Source: Calcarisporiella thermophila CBS 279.70 (Eukaryota; Fungi; Calcarisporiellomycota). Taken from it: DNA of 64,000 bases. Position numbers and translations under genes: made by a program. The notes beneath the pieces were generated by a model, which had not been told where the DNA came from, searched no databases, and saw nothing but the letters and a program-made list of their open reading frames with translations. The stretch's first letter is position 1. Each line of letters begins with the position of its first letter. Positions 1 to 12,943 of the stretch are shown here, one piece after another. The stretch covers positions 1 to 64,000 of the forward strand of contig NW_027192198.1 in the NCBI RefSeq assembly GCF_041956535.1, read 5' to 3'.

Positions 1-42
1 ATTCTCCATCGCTTCTCTTTTTTCTGCTGATTTGGAAGGGGG

Positions 43-1917
43 TCAAGAAAAATAGTTGGTTTCCAGGCGCAACTTTTCATCAAGTTTGAGTCTACTTCTC
101 TCCAAGTTCACCCGCAATTGGACCACGTCGATCTTGTTTGTCAGCGGAGCATTGTATAAAGAAACTGACCTCTCTATACCAAGGAATGTATTGAGTTTGC
201 GAAACCAGGAGGCATCGTCGGGACGTGACACTAAACTCTTAATTCGATGACATATGTACGCCGCCAGCCATCTCGGCGGATGACCCCTTTCATCATACGG
301 TAAACTGGCAAGACTTCTCGAAAACTCGGAAAGGGCCAGGAGGCGCAGCATTTTGTATGCATTAACGCATTAACGCATTAACGCATTAACGCTTTGTCAA
401 GCTTGAAAAATGGCTTCGCGTCGATAAAGGACCCCAGTTTCTCGGGTATCGTCTCAATAAACCTGGGGACGTTCCGATAGTGGAGGCGATATTCAACGCG
501 AACGCCATAATTTATATCTTTTGCCTCCTTCCATGCGCGCTTCATTAGGACTGTAATAATACGATAGTTTAGTTGTATAATTTTGACTATTGACCCTGGT
601 TACTATTTGCGTAACTCTTGTAATGTAATTTGCCCATTGTATAATTTAATGGAACGTACACTGTAATAAAGATTATTTAGTTCTTTTCTGTGAATCGAGT
701 CGTAACCACTACAAGGACTGCTCCATCGGACTGCTGTAATTCGGCACATCCTGGATGGAGAATTTTTTTGGGCCCTTTTGAATTGTCGTACGTATAGAGT
801 CCCCTTTTTCGTTCATGTAGAACTGCATCTTCAAAAGTCCATATTGCTGCTCCACTACTTTTCGCGCCTCTCCTCGCATTCTAGCAACTTCTGAGGTATA
901 GCACCAGCGGTCCACCTGTCCCGCCTTCATCCCACTACGCCGGAACATTTCTTTAACTGAAGCCGCCTTCCAGGGAAGGGTGCTGGAAACACCTCGCTTT
1001 TGCTGCTTCTTGGGAAATATCTCGACATTGGGGTCGAGATAAAGATTGCTCATGTCGATTTTGTCCCAATCGATATCTCTCAGTTGAGCTCGCAATAAGT
1101 CAAGCGGATGTTCTTTGGACGGCCGGTGAATCATCTTAAGGCCTTTGGCGTAGATGTGATAGAAGAAACCCAGGAATACACTAAAGTGCTCATTGCTTTC
1201 GCATCTCTTACGCGAAGCCGAGAAAACCTTGGCCACATATTGGCTTGCAATCCATTTGCCGCTAAAGTGAAAACCCCCTTTACCACAACTTAAACCCTGC
1301 GCAACACGATAGGACGAAGGGAACCGGGTGAAATCATTTTCTGGGAGAATCTTTTTGAGTACCGGGAGTATAAGTCCGTCGTAAAACAATTCGTAGTAGT
1401 CTGAATCAACAAAGTTAACCCATCTCCCTTTTTTGCGGCGTAAGTTGGGAAAAGATATGAGCACCTTAATGCAACCATGTAGTCCACAAACTCTCAGCTC
1501 AAAGTCGGGCACTGTGGACAGTTTAACCCGTTCGAGCTTGCCTCGGCCATTTCGAATTTCAACCGTGACACTGTTGTCGAAGCGCAGTGTCGCATTCCGA
1601 TTCGGAAAAGGATAATAATAGAGATTCCCACGCACCGGTAGTGTGTCGCCTGTCCACAAAACGCTATCGATGTCTATGGTGCTTTTCAAATCGCTATGAG
1701 TGTAGGGCAAGCTCGATGCCTCGAAAGATATGGGCAATATGGCACCTTGATGAACCCCAGAAAGGATAATTTGCAAGAATTCGTTCCCGGACTTCGATCT
1801 GGCAATCTGCACCCATCGTGAAAGATCGACTGCTGAGTGAGCAATTCTCTGGCGTGCATCTGTTTCAGCAGAATTGCTCCAAGGATTTAAATCTGCTTGA
1901 ACATTCCGCGCGGGCAC
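43..1917 (-). pseudogene. Disrupted gene of an uncharacterised fungal protein family (DIDS...FFYHIYAKGLK...YGVRVEYR motifs), probably mobile-element associated
   Basis: 402-aa ORF 709..1917; reading continues after a break as VLMKRAWKEAKDINYGVRVEYRLH (~480-555) and ORF 43..351; stops/frameshift and an 8-bp tandem expansion interrupt it. Family memory only. Confidence 0.45.
361..392. repeat. Tandem repeat (ATTAACGC)x4
   Basis: Four exact 8-bp units read directly. Confidence 0.95.
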
Positions 1918-2650
1918 AAGAACCCGATCCTCTATCGACTTGAACTTAAACTTTCCCTTGTTCTTTGAACCGGATCTAATGAATCAACGACGAAAGTTCA
2001 TCGACTAATCTTCTACATCAGACTAGAAATCATCACTTACCTTTTTCGCGCTGAGGCACGGTTTGGCTCATATTCAGAGTGATCTGAATCGTCAGAAACA
2101 GAGATGTGGTCGGAGCTGGAGGCGTAGTATAGAAATATCCGCGTTAGTATGCACAGGGGTGGGGAGAGAGGAAAATTAAAATTAGGTAAGGCTGCAATTC
2201 AAGCTCCACGGCCACTCCCATACCTCTCGTCCGATAGGACCACCAGTTCAACACTTGGCTCTCGCTCCCCTCGGCCCTCAGGCCCAAAATAGTCAGTAAT
2301 TTCCAGAGACTGAAAAATTTAAAGGCCTAAGCCTTGCACTCCCTCACCTGGCTTTGTCGGTGTAGGGTCCAGGGACTTGCTCACTAAAAATAATAGAAAA
2401 TTTCCGCGTATTACTTGAGTGGATTTCAATCCTAAATGTTAGGGCAAATGATATTTCTATACACCTAGCCTGGATTAATAAGTATCTCGCGGGATGCAGT
2501 ACTTGACAGTATAGGGAAGAAATTCTCTTCCCAAGAGAATTAGGTATGTCCAATCAATGACCACTTACAAAAGGACCTAAAATCAAGTAGAAATTTGGAT
2601 AAATCTCTATTACTTGTATATAATACTCAATTGATTTCCTTCGCGCAGTA

Positions 2651-4495
2651 ATGCACAATTTGAAATCATCGCCACCAGTCAATACAAGAACTCAATCTGC
2701 TCCACTTCGATATCCAGGGCAATTGCTCAATGCCCCAAAAACTTCAAATGACCATGATGATACTGAAGATTGCTTCCAAGATCCAATGAATGCTTGGCAT
2801 CTCTCAACTGCAGATGCTTTGCGTGTTGAACTCCGATTAAATTCACTCGGAGATCTCGAGCGTCTTTTAAGTGCTCAATTTATAGGTTTAACCGCTTATC
2901 TGCACGAAAATCGATTTCAATTCAATTTTCCTGGGGATGGCGATAGCATATCTTCTCGACCCTGTACATTGTTTTTCTATAATCTAATCTCAAAGCCAGT
3001 CAAAGAAATAACATTCAAGAAGTCCGCAAAGACCCCTGCAGTAAAACGTAAACTTTTAGATTATCTCTTTCACACATACCTATCCGGATGTTTTGTAGGA
3101 CTGATGCATCCCGATGAGGCCTCCTTTCTCGATAGCTATTATCGCAACGAACTTGAACCTGCATTGGTCTATACCGCCACCGCTTTCTCAGCTGTCCACC
3201 TTCTCGTGGCACATCCCCAGGCACCCATCATAGGAAAACTTCGTATCGTTATAGGCGAAATACTTACCCAAGCACAACAATCCTTAGAAAATATTTTCGA
3301 TGTCCCTTCTCCACATGCGGTGCTCGCCTTTCTTAATATGGAAAATTGTATGCGCTGGCTTGGTCGCTTTGATGACGCATATCGCTTTTACTCTCATGCT
3401 GCTCTGATGTCTCTTTCACTACGATTGCATAACGACGACCCAGGTGAACACGATCATATACAAATAGAATTTCGAAAGAGAATCTGGTCAGTGTGGTTTA
3501 CTAGTCAAGTATACCTAAGAGATCATCTAATTATTTTTCATTTTTTTTTCATTTAAAGGGCATTGATTTTTAAGCGCGAACTCACATATAGACTTAGCTT
3601 TAACAAACCTGCACTGATTAGTTTGGAAATAGTTAAGAATTCTTCTAAACCTACAGTTAATTCGAACGATAGAGTAGGGTTCAAGCTGTTTATGGTAACT
3701 ATCTTCATTTCATTTTAAGATGAACGCACGCTAAACTAAATATTTAATTATGACAGCTACTTGCCATGATGGATGTTATTTCTGCAGAAGAGTATACATA
3801 TCTACGTGATATTGATTGGTCACTTCCTGACCATCTTATCGTCCACCATGTCCTCAGTATTGCTATCCTCTTACAGAAAGAACTAGCTGAATTGAAACAT
3901 TATTGCGATAATGAACTCCTAAACAAATATTATAATTTTGATTCTGAATTTTATTTTTGGCTTCAATGGTGCACCCTTTGGCAATGCTTTATTAAATCGA
4001 ATGCACCTCCCGGTAGACTAGAAACAGACTTGATGAAGCAGTTGCGTGAAAAAGCTCTCAATGAATATATCAAGGTAATACGCTGGATATTTAAAGAAAT
4101 ATCCAGCGATACAACAGAGGCAATCTTATCAGTTATTTTTTTTTCTTTATCAGGGCTTGCTTCACAGCCTTATGTCTCTGAAGACCGCAATTAGCCGTCA
4201 AAATTGGTGCAAAGATTATCCCTTTGTAGCTATTCAAATTATATGTGAGAAATGTAAATTCATCTCGCAGACTCATCCTAATATTGCAATGCGACGCCTG
4301 GTCTTTCAGGAGTTAGCTCAAGTACACCGTTTACTGCTCTCGGTTAAATTCACAGGTATAGTGGAACGGTGTTTATTGCAGCAAATTGTAGAGACGCTAG
4401 AAGAGATGAGACCAAACGTATTTTCGAAGAAGGAGCTTGAAAATTCGAACATTTCTAAATTAAGGCCTCTTGCCATTAAACCAACCGCACTATGA
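2651..4495 (+). CDS. Fungal-specific transcription factor middle-homology (Fungal_trans) domain protein, 4+ exons; no Zn2Cys6 cluster seen
   Basis: ORFs 2651..3556, 3766..4194, 4157..4495 join through GT-AG introns; motifs ALMSLSLRLHND...EFRKRIW(A), FNKPALI. Confidence 0.75.
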
Positions 4496-5518
4496 TCTAA
4501 TATTGTTCTCTTCTAAGTGGGCTGATGTAGATTTTTTATCCTCTCCCATCACTAATCAAATTTACAACGTATTATTAAAAAGGTGCTGGACGAAGACAGC
4601 ATAGCTTGTCTCTCATCTTACGGGACCGTCAAGTTGTGACTTATATGTAATATGATGTTTTATTTTTTTGTAACCTATGGAGTCAATTTTCAATTTCAAT
4701 GATATTTGGCAACTTCAAACCTATTCCCCTTTTGAATCTAGAATGAACGTAGGTTCATTATCTCCCGAAAAATTGGAGTAACCATATTTTGAATGTAATT
4801 TGAAAAGACCCAGGAATGAAATTGTGAATTTTTACCGTAACTTGAAGATAGATAGGGCGTTTTTTTGGCGGAGGGAGGAATAGGTAGGAGGGAGTCGCAT
4901 TAACTAATCATTGTAATACAAATGGCTCATTCTTGGCACTATATTACATACTGATTTGTTGTTCATATGATAGAAACTCGTGGCATTCCATTTACACTAT
5001 ATACAATTTAAAATAGACTGTGGGTTTCATCAACAGTCCACGCTTCCTGAGGATGAGACAGTTTTATTAACCGAAATGGGCTTTTCCAAAAGGATTATTT
5101 TGAATATAAAAAATAATTATGTAAAATCCTGAGGAGTGGAATTTATCAAAGGCCGATCTAATAATTAAATCAATAGCTATTTAAGATTCTTGTCTGGAAT
5201 ATGAATTCTTGGCCATTTTTAAGCCGGTGATTTCCGTTTGAAGATGGATTCCCGAACGATGAATTCGTGTACAGAACAAGGAGAGCTACAACCAGCACAA
5301 CTCTAATTAACGTGACGACAAGTATCTGTGATATAAATATTAATATTAATTAAATACTTAAAAATATACGCAAGAAATCTAACTGTTCAACCAAAACAGT
5401 GCGTTTTTAATGACTGTGGATAATTCAGTCCATTCTATTTATTTATTGCGGTATCGTCGATACCTAAGTCATCAACTATTCCTTGTGCCTGCCGTATGAA
5501 TAGGGAGGAGGGTGATTT

Positions 5519-5966
5519 TTAGGCACGAGTCACAGCAGTCCCATAAGCCAGGACTTCAGTCATGCCCTCCATAGTTTCATTAGCATCATATCGGATTCCA
5601 AGAACAGCATTTCCACCAGCTGCAGCCGCATGTTCCAGGAGGCGTTGAAAGGATTTCTCGCGTGCTTTTTCTGCCATTTCCAAATAACTAAAGTTTTCTC
5701 CACCGCTAATAGCGGCGAGTCCAGCTAAGAAAGCTTAACCAATCTAATCGTAACACCAGGTAAGAGACTAACATATACCAGTAGCCCCATTGGCTATGGG
5801 CGTTGTACTATCAGCGCATTGTTGAACATAATGGGGAGAAACTCACATTAGGATTTCGAACCGTAATTCCTCTCACCACCCCATGAACCCTGAGCAACGG
5901 TATAGCCAGGAAAATCGAAAGTAGTCTGATAAATTTGCGGTCAACTGCGTGAGTGGAGGTGGACAT
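5519..5966 (-). pseudogene. YbjQ/UPF0145 heavy-metal-binding family gene with introns and frameshifts
   Basis: Not in ORF track. Hand translation: TTFDFPGYTVAQ / VHGVVRGITVRNPN | ... | AGLAAISGGENFSYLEMAEKAREKSFQRLLEHAAAAGGNAVLGIRYDANETMEGMTEVLAYGTAVTRA*; indels near 5927 and 5890; middle exon cannot be spliced in frame. Confidence 0.8.
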
Positions 5967-6479
5967 GCTCGTAAGAATAAAGAATTATTTGAAATTTCAA
6001 AGCGATTTCATCGAGGCAATAATAAGTATGGCTTTTCAAAGAGCAATCGATAATATAGGAAAATATTTAAAAGTAGTATTCGAATCTTCCACGATGATAA
6101 ATTGGCAATATGCACAGCTCAGCCTCAAGTGTCTGTGGTAGTGTAAATTAGTTTAATAAGGGTTTGGTTAGGGACGATCTAACCTACTTTTTACTGCCAA
6201 AATGATCTACTAAGACGATAGTTTAGGAACCCATATTTGCACGTCGCATTCACGAAGTTGCTTTTGTGTTGTGATATTAAATTTATGTGCTGATATCAGA
6301 TATCCGGATGTTTTCGAGAAGTTTGATATGGAAAGAGAATGATTAAGAAATTGTTTGCCTTTAGTTTGTTAACATAACATTAAGCAGATCAGTATATAGA
6401 TCCGCTGTTTTCAGTATGATTAGTTTACCCCTTTATAAATAGTGATCTAAAATAAAATATCATGGGAACAAATAATCTG

Positions 6480-7270
6480 TAGGTATTTAAATCCTCTTTG
6501 AAAAGCAACCGAATCCTGAATGATTCCTGGATTCTCCAGCAGCTGTTTCAAGTTGATGAGCTTCTGGAAATAAGCGCATAAATGCTCATTTCGTACGTAT
6601 TTTTTTTTCAAACGCACACTTCAACTCTCCCCAACTTGATATTGTCTCATTCGGATGGTCGTTAAACCAATCCTTGGCATCATGCGACAATTTTTGAGCA
6701 AGGGCGTGGATTCTTAAGCGGTCTGACCAGTTTTGTACTCTTGCAGTGAATTCTAGCTGCTCGATCCATTCATTCGCGTTATTCTGCGTTGCTCCCATGA
6801 ATGGAGGAATATCTTGAAGGTCGGAAGTTGCTGCAAGTACATAGGCGGTATCTGTCTTGGGGGGCATCTTAGGATTCGATGCGAGTTCTCCACCAAATGT
6901 TATGGAGTGTTTGAGATAGGAGAGTAAGAGAAAACTCCGCTTATTATTCCAAAATGCAAAATGTCTTAACTATATACCCAAAGCAGAGTGATGTCAGCAA
7001 GTAGTCGCAAATTTAAGAATTATCTAAAACTAATTAATGTAACAGTTAAGTCAGCTATCCTAATGTCTACTCTTAAGATACGTAGGATAAACTCCATTAT
7101 ATGCTTTACCATTATCTTTGTTTGCTCACTTTTAACTCTCGCATTCACATTTGGTATCATTTCATTTTCTCACCATGACCTTCACTAGCCCTCCTAATCT
7201 CTACCAATCAGTTCTCGAGTCTAGCCGCAAATGTCGTGAGAACAGTAAGATCGAGGTGTGTTCTATAACA
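6480..7270 (-). mobile_element. Truncated Ty3/gypsy LTR retrotransposon A: 5' LTR (6898..7270), tRNA-Ala-like PBS, gag fragment
   Basis: LTR ends TGTTAT...ATAACA; minus-strand TGGTGGAGAACTCGCATCGAATCC follows the LTR; ORF 6586..6867 has gag motifs (PPFMG...EWIEQLE...AKDWF...SWGELKCAF), frameshifted in a poly-A run. Confidence 0.8.
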
Positions 7271-7371
7271 TCATGCAGAGAATAATATTGCATTAATTTA
7301 GTGTGACAAAAAATCAAAAAAATCTCACACGGTGTTTATTATCATTGTATTGTTACCTTTCATCTGAACAG

Positions 7372-8479
7372 ATTAAACGTGATGCAATCGTCCGATTCTT
7401 GACGGAGTTAACTGAAGAGTCATGGTCCCAAAACTCTGTAGCGAATGGTATGAGCTTCCCCCTCAAGTTCGAATCCTTGGAGCAAGAATGCAACATTCTC
7501 GGCTTGATTGATATCTTGAACACTGGCCATGGATTCCGCAAGGAATTGCACGAGTCGTGTGATCGCGGTGCATTTGAGACAATTGTGTTTGGTGTCATGT
7601 CATTCCATATTGGGTCGACATCTACAACTGCCGATTCGCTCTCTAGGCTGACTAGTTGGGAGGTTGCTTCACATTTTGGGTTAGAGATTGAACAGGATGT
7701 TCCCACAAATCTGCCACATGTCACAATGAGCAAGCCTACAGAGCTGGCTAAGCTCGCGAAGCAGATCCAAGAAGTGTTAAATGAAACCGGTCGTATTTTA
7801 CAAGAAAAGGGATTCAAGACCTTTGGCGCGTTTGTGATTGATGCCGCTAAGCAAGCCAATAGATCCGCTGAAAAGTTTTCTGAAGCTTTGATCAATACCT
7901 TCCCAGCATTCCAAGATGCCACTGAGCTGGATGGTCAACGTAAGTATATACCATATAGATCATTGCTTCCCTTATACTGAAATTATTAGACTTTCCCGAA
8001 AAACTATCTTATTTAACTTATCCTGGTCTAAATGATTATGCTATATTTCATAAAAAACAGCATTATACGTGTTCAAGAAGGCGTTATTATTGGCATCGAC
8101 ATTGCAGCGTCGATTTGCTACCACTGAACCTATCTTTGATTTCAAGGATATTCACAAGAGCCCTATCTTTGCTGATAATGTGATCCCGACGATGTTGGTC
8201 CATTTCGGAATGTTGGAGATACCAGTGAACTTGAAGCACACGGTTATAGAGGGTGCTTCCACTTCCGTTGAGGAATCGTATCGCTTGCGTGCAGCAGCGA
8301 TTGATGTGTGCCATGAGATTGCAATGATGGCTAATAGCAGTGAAATCAAGACCCAAGTCGACTTCAATGTCAAGCCCATGTTGGAAGTTGATTTAGATGT
8401 TTATCTGTGGCGTGTTGCCAAAGAGCCCCAGTACCGTAAAATCCCTCGTTTCCACTGCAAAGAGACCATTTTCTTTTAG
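7372..8479 (+). CDS. Queuosine salvage protein (Q_salvage/DUF2419, QNG1-like); first exon not found
   Basis: Exons 7372..7939 and 8061..8479; motifs FPAFQD, VFKKALLL, IFADNVIPTML, LRAAAIDVC, LDVYLW. Confidence 0.8.
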
Positions 8480-9775
8480 ATTGTCACCTATTTATTGTTG
8501 CTTGTAAACAAACTAATTAAATAGAGACAGTATCGTAACAAAGCGAGACACGAATCCTCCCGTGTTCAGTACGTGCTTTATTGCAACGTGATCTGATATT
8601 TAAAGCCTGAACCATGGCTCTGAAACAGCAGATAATATAAGGAACGAATGTTCAACTAAGTTAAAGTAGTCATCCATTATCATGCTTGGCCTTATCGTTG
8701 ACCCTACCAAGAACGTCATCGATATGAACATGCGGAAATAGTTTGGTTAAGAGTTTTAATAGATCTAAGGGGTCCAGGATTAAGTAGGCCTAATTAATAT
8801 AGAAAATAGGGAATGTATTAAGAGAAATTCATAAGAAATTATAAAACATTAACTATCCTCGCCTAAATTAATATGAAAAATAGGTGAGAATTCACAAAAA
8901 AATTAAGAGAACAAGGAATGATTGGAATTACATGTAGAGATTACTACAAAATAATAGAAGACATTTTTTACAAAGACAACCAACAATCTTATATGCTGAT
9001 ATACATACCTATTATAATTATGCCCGTATCTTCATTCGGATTATCGGCAACCCTGCACTTGAAGATTGTTCCATGGTGCTTATCTGCTATAATCTTATCG
9101 CTACAATATTCCATCCTGCTAAAATTTTGATATAAAGTCTTTATTCTCCTTAAATAGCAGAAAGATGAATGATCTACGAAATATATTCACGGATACCCCA
9201 TACGAGCCCAAGATCAGTAATCTCGGAATTAGGTCCATTCTATTCCAGCTCACTGGTTTATTTCCTCTGCTTTTGTTAGCACAGTGAATCTCTTAAGTAA
9301 TTTATTTGTATATACTCTACAACAATTGGACTGAGTTTTAATTAGTTAACTTTTTAGTGGTCAATTGAAATATTGAAACAATTAGGAGAGGCAGAAAAGC
9401 ATTCTATATGAGTGTAAAATACTAACACAGTCTACTGGAGAGAAAATCACCGAGTTATTGCAATCACCCCTTCAGTAACATCCAATCTGATATCTTATAT
9501 AATTTTGGCGAACCTGGGATATAGGAGTTAAACATCTGACGATGCTTTTTGAGCTTAGCACAACTTCTCTTACGAGGTCATTTCCTATTGATATCATGCA
9601 CCTATTTTTTTAAGAATATTGGTGAGCTTTAGTTTTTTAATATTTTATTTATATATTCTGCATTGCATACCCTATAGTTAAACTCTCAAGTTCTCATTCA
9701 GCAATATTAATAATACTATAGCATATCTCATATATGCTCACTGGACTAATGACCATCCATTCCCAAAGTATAATA

Positions 9776-9978
9776 AGTACAGTAACTAATATGTATTTAA
9801 TTTATCGACAATCGATATCGGATATATTTACTTTCGTATAAAAATTACTTGTTAAACACAATACGTTCTTACCGAATCTTAAATCGTATTTTCTACGAAC
9901 CGATTTTACGTCTTTTTACGAACTTATTATAGTGCAATAAACATTAGTATTTATCGAAGCCTACTGGTGCTTATTTCA
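9776..9978 (+). repeat. Solo LTR, diverged paralogue of the LTR at 14074..14451 (opposite orientation)
   Basis: Shared blocks AGTAACTAATAT, TCGGATAT, TATAAAA, TCTTTTTACGAACT, AATAAACATTAGTAT and end TTATyTCA. Confidence 0.8.
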
Positions 9979-10106
9979 ACTAGCATTAAAATTTATCCTC
10001 GAAAGAAATTAATAATTCCGCCCTACATTTGACTCTTTAATATACATCTATTATCTAATAAGAGGAAAATTCATGATGACGTACACAATGAAATCATGAA
10101 TAGTAA

Positions 10107-10166
10107 TAAGCCACCCCTCCTGTAGAAAATTTTTGAAAAAAAATTTTCGGCAGGAGGGGTGGCTTA
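10107..10166. repeat. 60-bp near-perfect hairpin / possible mini-MITE
   Basis: TAAGCCACCCCTCCTG (10107-10122) is the exact reverse complement of CAGGAGGGGTGGCTTA (10151-10166); inner GAAAATTTTT/AAAAATTTTC also pair. Confidence 0.85.
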
Positions 10167-10299
10167 AGATATGTGGCCCATTTTTTGGAATAAAAAATTT
10201 TTCGGGCATTTTTTCCTTATGAATCACCATTCCAATATGAAACTCCGGCTTGTCATTCATGTCTGCTGAATCCAAATCAACCTGCCTATTGCCGTTTTC

Positions 10300-11520
10300 C
10301 AAGCTCGTTCCTTTTGTCGGGCCCGAGGGTGGTGACTTCGCTAATAGAATCCTCGGTGTCTTCCATTAGCTGCTGCCTTTTCCCATTTGGTCTGCATGTG
10401 GGCAGTCGCTTTAGTAATGACCGTTTTGTTTACAGCCGAAATAGAATGGTGCCTCACCCTATGAACCTTTCTTTTATTGCGAAACTGGGGGCTTCTGGGC
10501 TTGCCCTTGTCGATATCGCGAGCTTGAGCGTCCATCACTGGCCGTATTCTTTTGCTCCTTGCTGTCTTTGTTAGGGTACCGGATTTTCAAACGACCATTT
10601 TTGCCAAATTTGGCTTCATCGTAACGAATGGCGGTGGATATCGCCTCTTCCAGGTTCTTCGGGAATTGATCGAGCACAAATCTCCTTGTCTCTGCCTTCA
10701 ACCCCCCTACGAACTTGGTCATGTACATCTGTTCCGGAATCCATGGAAAGCGTGCCCACAGTTTGTTCAGCCCTTGCACGTAGTTTCTCACGCTGCTCAC
10801 CTGCCGAGTATCCTCGTATTTTAGGAGCAGGTCAAACTCCTTTTCCATGGGTTCGAAAATTTCCAAGAACTCGTTTGAAAACTCCGCAAACGTATCCAAA
10901 CACCTGTCCTTGAAGTGTGGCTTTTGTGTACATAACCGGACAAACCAATCATATGCCTCGCCCATTAACAACGAACCGGTTGTTGCTGTCCAGCGTCCTT
11001 TAGGTATCTCCGCCAGCTCTAAATACAGTTCGACACCACTTAGCCACATCGACGCGGGCTTTGATTCCCCTCCTGAAAACTTTTCAGGTTTTTCAATGTG
11101 GATATCGGTTGGCGGTTTAGCAGCTTCCGGTGATGTTGTTCGATTAGCCTTGCCTTGTAACAATTCGAATATCTTTGCCAGTACTTGTGGCGAAAGATTT
11201 TCATACGAAGCTCCCTCTTGCGAAATGTCATCGTCTCGCTCATGCGAAGCAGCTTGAGCTGTAGCTTGAGTGTTAGGCATGGTAGCTAGTGCCTTGTCGA
11301 AGAGAGATAAAAGAAAAAGAAAATAATTTCTTGGTCGTCGCTACCACTTTGTGACGAAAGTAATATTCGACTTTTGAACTCCTATAGTATACTATAGCAA
11401 AATAATAGTAAAAATAAAGAGAAAAATAGGAGTATTTATTAGTAATGTAATAAGAAAAACAATCTATATCTGATCCTTACCTATAGTAAAATAGTTGTAA
11501 AAATAAAAGATAAAAATACG
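10300..11520 (-). mobile_element. Ty3/gypsy retroelement B: LTR remnant (from 11350), iMet-type PBS, gag ORF 10474..11280, no pol
   Basis: Minus strand ...TCACA aag TGGTAGCGAC; 268-aa ORF with KPEKFSG, AYDWF, RQVSSVRNY, KFVGGLK, NLEEAISTAIRYD. Confidence 0.85.
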
Positions 11521-11642
11521 AGTAGGGGTCAGAAAATAAATAGCTGAATTATTTGAAGGATAATAAGAAAACAATAAACAGGATTTATCATTTAATTTAC
11601 AAACAAATAAGTAAATGTTGGATGCATGTAAAATTAGGTTAA

Positions 11643-12603
11643 TTTAGAGCTTGTTAATGTATTCTGGCTCTATCTCTTTCCACACCTTTTCTGCTCTTTC
11701 CCATAGTTCATTCTTATTCCTTGGCATTTTTGAATAATTACTGAGTTTTCGCATCAACTCGCACTAGACATGCTCTATAATGTTCAAATCGGGAGACTTC
11801 GGGGGCCATTGTAGCACGCTTATTCTATTGTTCAACCATTCTTTGGTAACTTTAGCGGTGTGCTTTGGATCATTGTCATGCTGAAATCTCACTCTCGACT
11901 TATTGATCCCATAACGCTTCAAAGACCCTATGTAGTCTTCAGAAAGGATGGTACAATATAGTGCAGCGTTGAGCGCCCCATCGATACGGCGCAGATTTCC
12001 CACGCCATGATCAGTAACGCAACCCCACGCCATCACTCCATTTCCTGTCTGTTTCATTGTGGGTTGGATATGTCTGCTACGAAGCGGTTCTCCCTCGCGC
12101 TTGTAGTAGTATTACTTTCCTGTTACATTCGTAAACGTTAATTTAGTCTCATCAGAAAACATTACTCGTTTCCAATCTTCCACAACCCAATTTATATGCT
12201 TTCTTGCGAACTCCAGGCGACGTCTACGGTGCGCAGCTGAGAGAAGAGGTTTCTTTGGGCGCACTCGAGTCAGCACTTCTTCTCTTTGGATTACCTTTCT
12301 CACGGTATCAGCGGTCAATTCTCTGTTGTATTCCTCTTTAAGAAATTTTCTCACATCGGTTGAGTTTTTGCACTGACCCGACGTCATCAATGTCACTATC
12401 TTTCTCTCTTCTCTCTAACTCAAAATACGAGGGCAGCCAGCGGGTCGTCTATTAAGATCGGGGCGTCGCTTTACTTCTTCTCTTACAATCTTGGCTGCTG
12501 TAGTGAAATGAATGTCCAACGCATCGGCGATTTGATAGGTAGATTTTCCCTCCGTTGCGAGCTGAATTATGCTAGCGCGAATCTTGTTTGAAAGAGGCTT
12601 CAT
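11643..12603 (-). mobile_element. Tc1/mariner transposase pseudogene 1 (3' truncated)
   Basis: ORFs 12415..12603, 12112..12396, 11764..12057 are one frame broken by stops: HTH, WKRVMFSDE, FQHDNDPKH, WPPKSPDLNIIEHV. Confidence 0.92.
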
Positions 12604-12797
12604 TTTAATTTTTGATTAAAAAACACAAGTAGTGATTAAGTTGTTTTAATAAACGAGAAGTGAGAGAAAAGTATCAAATATATGAACAAAGAGCATTCAA
12701 ACATCAAAATTGTACCATAATCCAAAAAAACAGCAAATATAGATATGCATTTTTTTCAAATTCAGTACCCCGTTAAACCGGTTTTCTTTCTTTAAGC

Positions 12798-12941
12798 CAG
12801 GGTGGCATATACCTCTGAAAATAGTGTGGAAGCTGTAGATTTTTCTCAAAATATTTTCAGTGTTCCCTTGAAAGGAGCTACTGAAATATTTGGATTTTAA
12901 CAAAATATATCCATCTGTGACTATGTTTTTGCGGTCGGCTG
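12798..12941 (-). mobile_element. 144-bp Tc1-type terminal sequence, right end, followed by TA
   Basis: Ends GCGGTCGGCTG|TA; reverse complement of 35700..35843 with no difference seen. Confidence 0.85.
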
Positions 12942-12943
12942 TA

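Noticed and set aside
2226-2238. 13-mer CTCGTCCGATAGG repeated at 55456
   Set aside because: A 13-bp match is expected by chance in 64 kb; flanks do not align.
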